The notes below the pieces were generated by a model. It was given only the letters and a program-made list of their open reading frames with translations. It did no database searches and was not told the DNA's origin. The translations under genes and the position numbers were made by a program. This document shows, piece by piece, positions 61,313-64,000 of a stretch of 64,000 bases of DNA; the first letter of the stretch is position 1, and each line of letters begins with the position of its first letter. Source of the stretch: Amoebidium appalachense (taxonomy: Eukaryota > Protista > Ichthyosporea). The DNA lies in contig CAVNZM010000001.1 of NCBI GenBank assembly GCA_963693365.1, positions 62,001 to 126,000 on the forward strand, read 5' to 3'.

Positions 61313-63343
61313 CATGTGGCAGGATTTAGGGTGGTGGGGGGGGGTTGTAGAACCGGTATCGAGTCGGGGTTTCAATTTTATGTGGTTGCCGTAAAAAGGG
61401 GGGAGGGGAGGTTTGGGAGGGGGAAGGGGGTAATCGTTAAAAAGCCGGAGGTGCATTGGTGGATTGGTGGTGGGAGGGGTGGTGGGTAGGCAAGTAGAAG
61501 GGTGTGTGTGTGTGGGTGGGTGTGGGTGGGTGGTGGGAGGGTGGTGGGTAGGCAAGTAGAAGGGTGTGTGTGTGTGAGCGTGTGTGTGTGTGGGTGGGTG
61601 TGGGTGGGTGGTGGGAGGGGGTGGTGGGTAGGCAAGTAGAAGGGTGTGTGTGTGTGTGCGTGTGTGTGTGTGGGTGGGTGTGGGTGGGTGGTGGGAGGGT
61701 GGTGGGTAGGCAAGTAGAAGGGTGTGTGTGTGTGTGCGTGTGTGTGTGTGGGTGGGTGTGGGTGGGTGGTGGGAGGGTGGTGGGTAGGCAAGTAGAAGGG
61801 TGTGTGTGTGTGTGCGTGTGTGTGTGTGGGTGGGTGTGGGTGGGTGGTGGGAGGGGTGGTGGGTAGGCAAGTAGAAGGGTGTGTGTGTGTGTGCGTGTGT
61901 GTGTGTGGTTGGGTGTGGGTGGGTGGTGGGAGGGGTGGTGGGTAGGCAAGTAGAAGGGTGTGTGTGTGTGTGCGTGTGTGTGGGTGGGTGGGTGTGGGTG
62001 GGTGGTGGGAGGGTGGTGGGTAGGCAAGTAGAAGGGTGTGTGTGTGTGTGCGTGTGTGTGTGTGGGTGGGTGTGGGTGGGTGGTGGGAGGGTGGTGGGTA
62101 GGCAAGTAGAAGGGTGTGTGTGTGTGTGCATGTGTGTGTGTGGGTGGGTGTGGGTGGGTGGTGGGAGGGTGGTGGGTAGGCAAGTAGAAGGGTGTGTGTG
62201 TGTGTGCGTGTGTGTGTGTGGGTGGGTGTGGGTGGGTGGTGGGAGGGGTGGTGGGTAGGCAAGTAGAAGGGTGTGTGTGTGTGTGCGTGTGTGTGTGTGG
62301 GTGGGTGTGGGTGGGTGGTGGGAGGGTGGTGGGTAGGCAAGTAGAAGGGTGTGTGTGTGTGTGCGTGTGTGTGTGTGGGTGGGTGTGGGTGGGTGGTGGG
62401 AGGGTGGTGGGTAGGCAAGTAGAAGGGTGTATGTGTGTGTGCGTGTGTGTGTGTGGGTGGGTGTGGGTGGGTGGTGGGAGGGTGGTGGGTAGGCAAGTAG
62501 AAGGGTGTGTGTGTGTGCGTGTGTGTGTGTGGGTGGGTGTGGGTGGGTGGTGGGAGGGTGGTGGGTAGGCAAGTAGAAGGGTGTGTGTGTGTGTGCGTGT
62601 GTGTGTGTGGGTGGGTGTGGGTGGGTGGTGGGAGGGTGGTGGGTAGGCAAGTAGAAGGGTGTGTGTGTGTGTGCGTGTGTGTGTGTGGGTGGGTGTGGGT
62701 GGGTGGTGGGAGGGTGGTGGGTAGGCAAGTAGAAGGGTGTGTGTGTGTGTGCGTGTGTGTGTGTGGGTGGGTGTGGGTGGGTGGTGGGAGGGTGGTGGGT
62801 AGGCAAGTAGAAGGGTGTGTGTGTGTGTGCGTGTGTGTGTGTGGGTGGGTGTGGGTGGGTGGTGGGAGGGTGGTGGGTAGGCAAGTAGAAGGGTGTGTGT
62901 GTGTGTGCGTGTGTGTGTGTGGGTGGGTGTGGGTGGGTGGTGGGAGGGTGGTGGGTAGGCAAGTAGAAGGGTGTGTGTGTGTGTGCGTGTGTGTGGGTGG
63001 GTGGGTGTGGGTGGGTGGTGGGAGGGTGGTGGGTAGGCAAGTAGAAGGGTGTGTGTGTGTGTGCGTGTGTGTGTGTGGGTGGGTGTGGGTGGGTGGTGGG
63101 TAGGCAAGTAGAAGGGTGTGTGTGTGTGTGCGTGTGTGTGTGTGGGTGGGTGTGGGTGGGTGGTGGGAGGGTGGTGGGTAGGCAAGTAGAAGGGTGTGTG
63201 TGTGTGTGCGTGTGTGTGTGGGTGGGTGTGGGTGGGTGGTGGGAGGGTGGTGGGTAGGCAAGTAGAAGGGTGTGTGTGTGTGTGCGTGTGTGTGTGTGGG
63301 TGGGTGTGGGTGGGTGGTGGGAGGGTGGTGGGTAGGCAAGTAG

Positions 63344-63387
<44 letters not shown>

Positions 63388-63787
63388 GGGTGGGTGGTGG
63401 GAGGGTGGTGGGTAGGCAAGTAGAAGGGTGTGTGTGTGTGTGCGTGTGTGTGTGTGGGTGGGTGTGGGTGGGTGGTGGGAGGGTGTTGGGTAGGCAAGTA
63501 GAAGGGTGTGCGTGTGTGTGGGTGGGTGGGTGTGGGTGGGTGTGGGTGGGTGGTGGGAGGGTGTTGGGTAGGCAAGTAGAAGGGTGTGCGTGTGTGTGGG
63601 TGTGGGTGGGTGTGGGTGGGTGGTGGGAGGGTGTTGGGTAGGCAAGTAGAAGGGTGTGCGTGTGTGTGTGTGGGTGGGTGTGGGTGGGTGTGGGTGGGTG
63701 GGGGGAAGGGGGGTGGGTATTTTACCTCAAGACGTGACTGTGGGCGAAGAGCCTCGGCAAGGGCTTTGCATGCCTCGACCCCAAAAC
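55371..63787 (-). CDS. RANGAP1: Ran GTPase-activating protein-like LRR gene, partial. Exons 63787-63726, 60798-60716, 59968-59866, 59004-58950, 57924-57866, 57115-57032, 56145-55891, 55508-55371
   Basis: All introns are GT-AG with compatible phases. Spliced protein reads [74 protein letters not shown], the RanGAP/Rna1 LRR signature. Confidence 0.92.
61465..63700. repeat. Intronic minisatellite, ~78-bp unit (GGGAGGGTGGTGGGTAGGCAAGTAGAAGGG(TG)n...), about 29 copies
   Basis: Recurrent CAAGTAGAAG at ~78-bp spacing; 26-aa periodicity in the spurious ORFs. Confidence 0.95.
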
Positions 63788-64000
63788 CTATGCCCCCAGA
63801 TTAGCGCAGTGCTTGGGCAATGTAGGTAGTTTGGGGAGAGATCCCCCATTCCCCCCAACCCAAACCCCCACGCCCACGCCCCTACACACAAACACCAACT
63901 GCACCGACCGTACCTTCCAAAAACAACACCTGCACCATTCTTTGTGGACTCCTGTCATCCGTGTGTCCAAAAATGGCCCTATTCTAACTACTCTCTGTAA

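Noticed and set aside
61310-63645. Long 576-755 aa His/Thr/Pro-rich ORFs
   Set aside because: Translations of a stop-free 78-bp intronic minisatellite, open in all three minus frames.

Overview
Eukaryotic, intron-rich genomic DNA (taxon not determinable from sequence). About 1-27.9 kb and 34.4-52.5 kb form a dense nest of transposable elements. There are six copies or fragments of one Ngaro-type tyrosine-recombinase (YR) retrotransposon with split direct repeats (A1-gag-RT/RH-YR-B1-A2-B2), four copies of a non-autonomous Ty3/gypsy-derived LTR element, and Ty1/copia elements (one two-LTR copy, two fragments, two solo LTRs). Three or four other LTR families and an intron-containing THAP/P-element transposase are also present. 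28-33 kb is microsatellite and homopolymer-rich DNA with no recognisable gene. 55.4-63.8 kb holds eight minus-strand exons of a RanGAP-like LRR gene. The most interesting signal is in the Ngaro element: its RT/RH and YR ORFs lack a usable ATG, but each is preceded by a CTAAC branch point, a pyrimidine tract and a CAG acceptor that is in frame with a single CAG|GTGAGA donor in gag. This suggests that Pol and the recombinase are made as alternatively spliced Gag-N-terminal fusions. Most small ORFs in the supplied track are shadows of these elements or microsatellite artefacts. All calls are from reading by eye, with no searches run.
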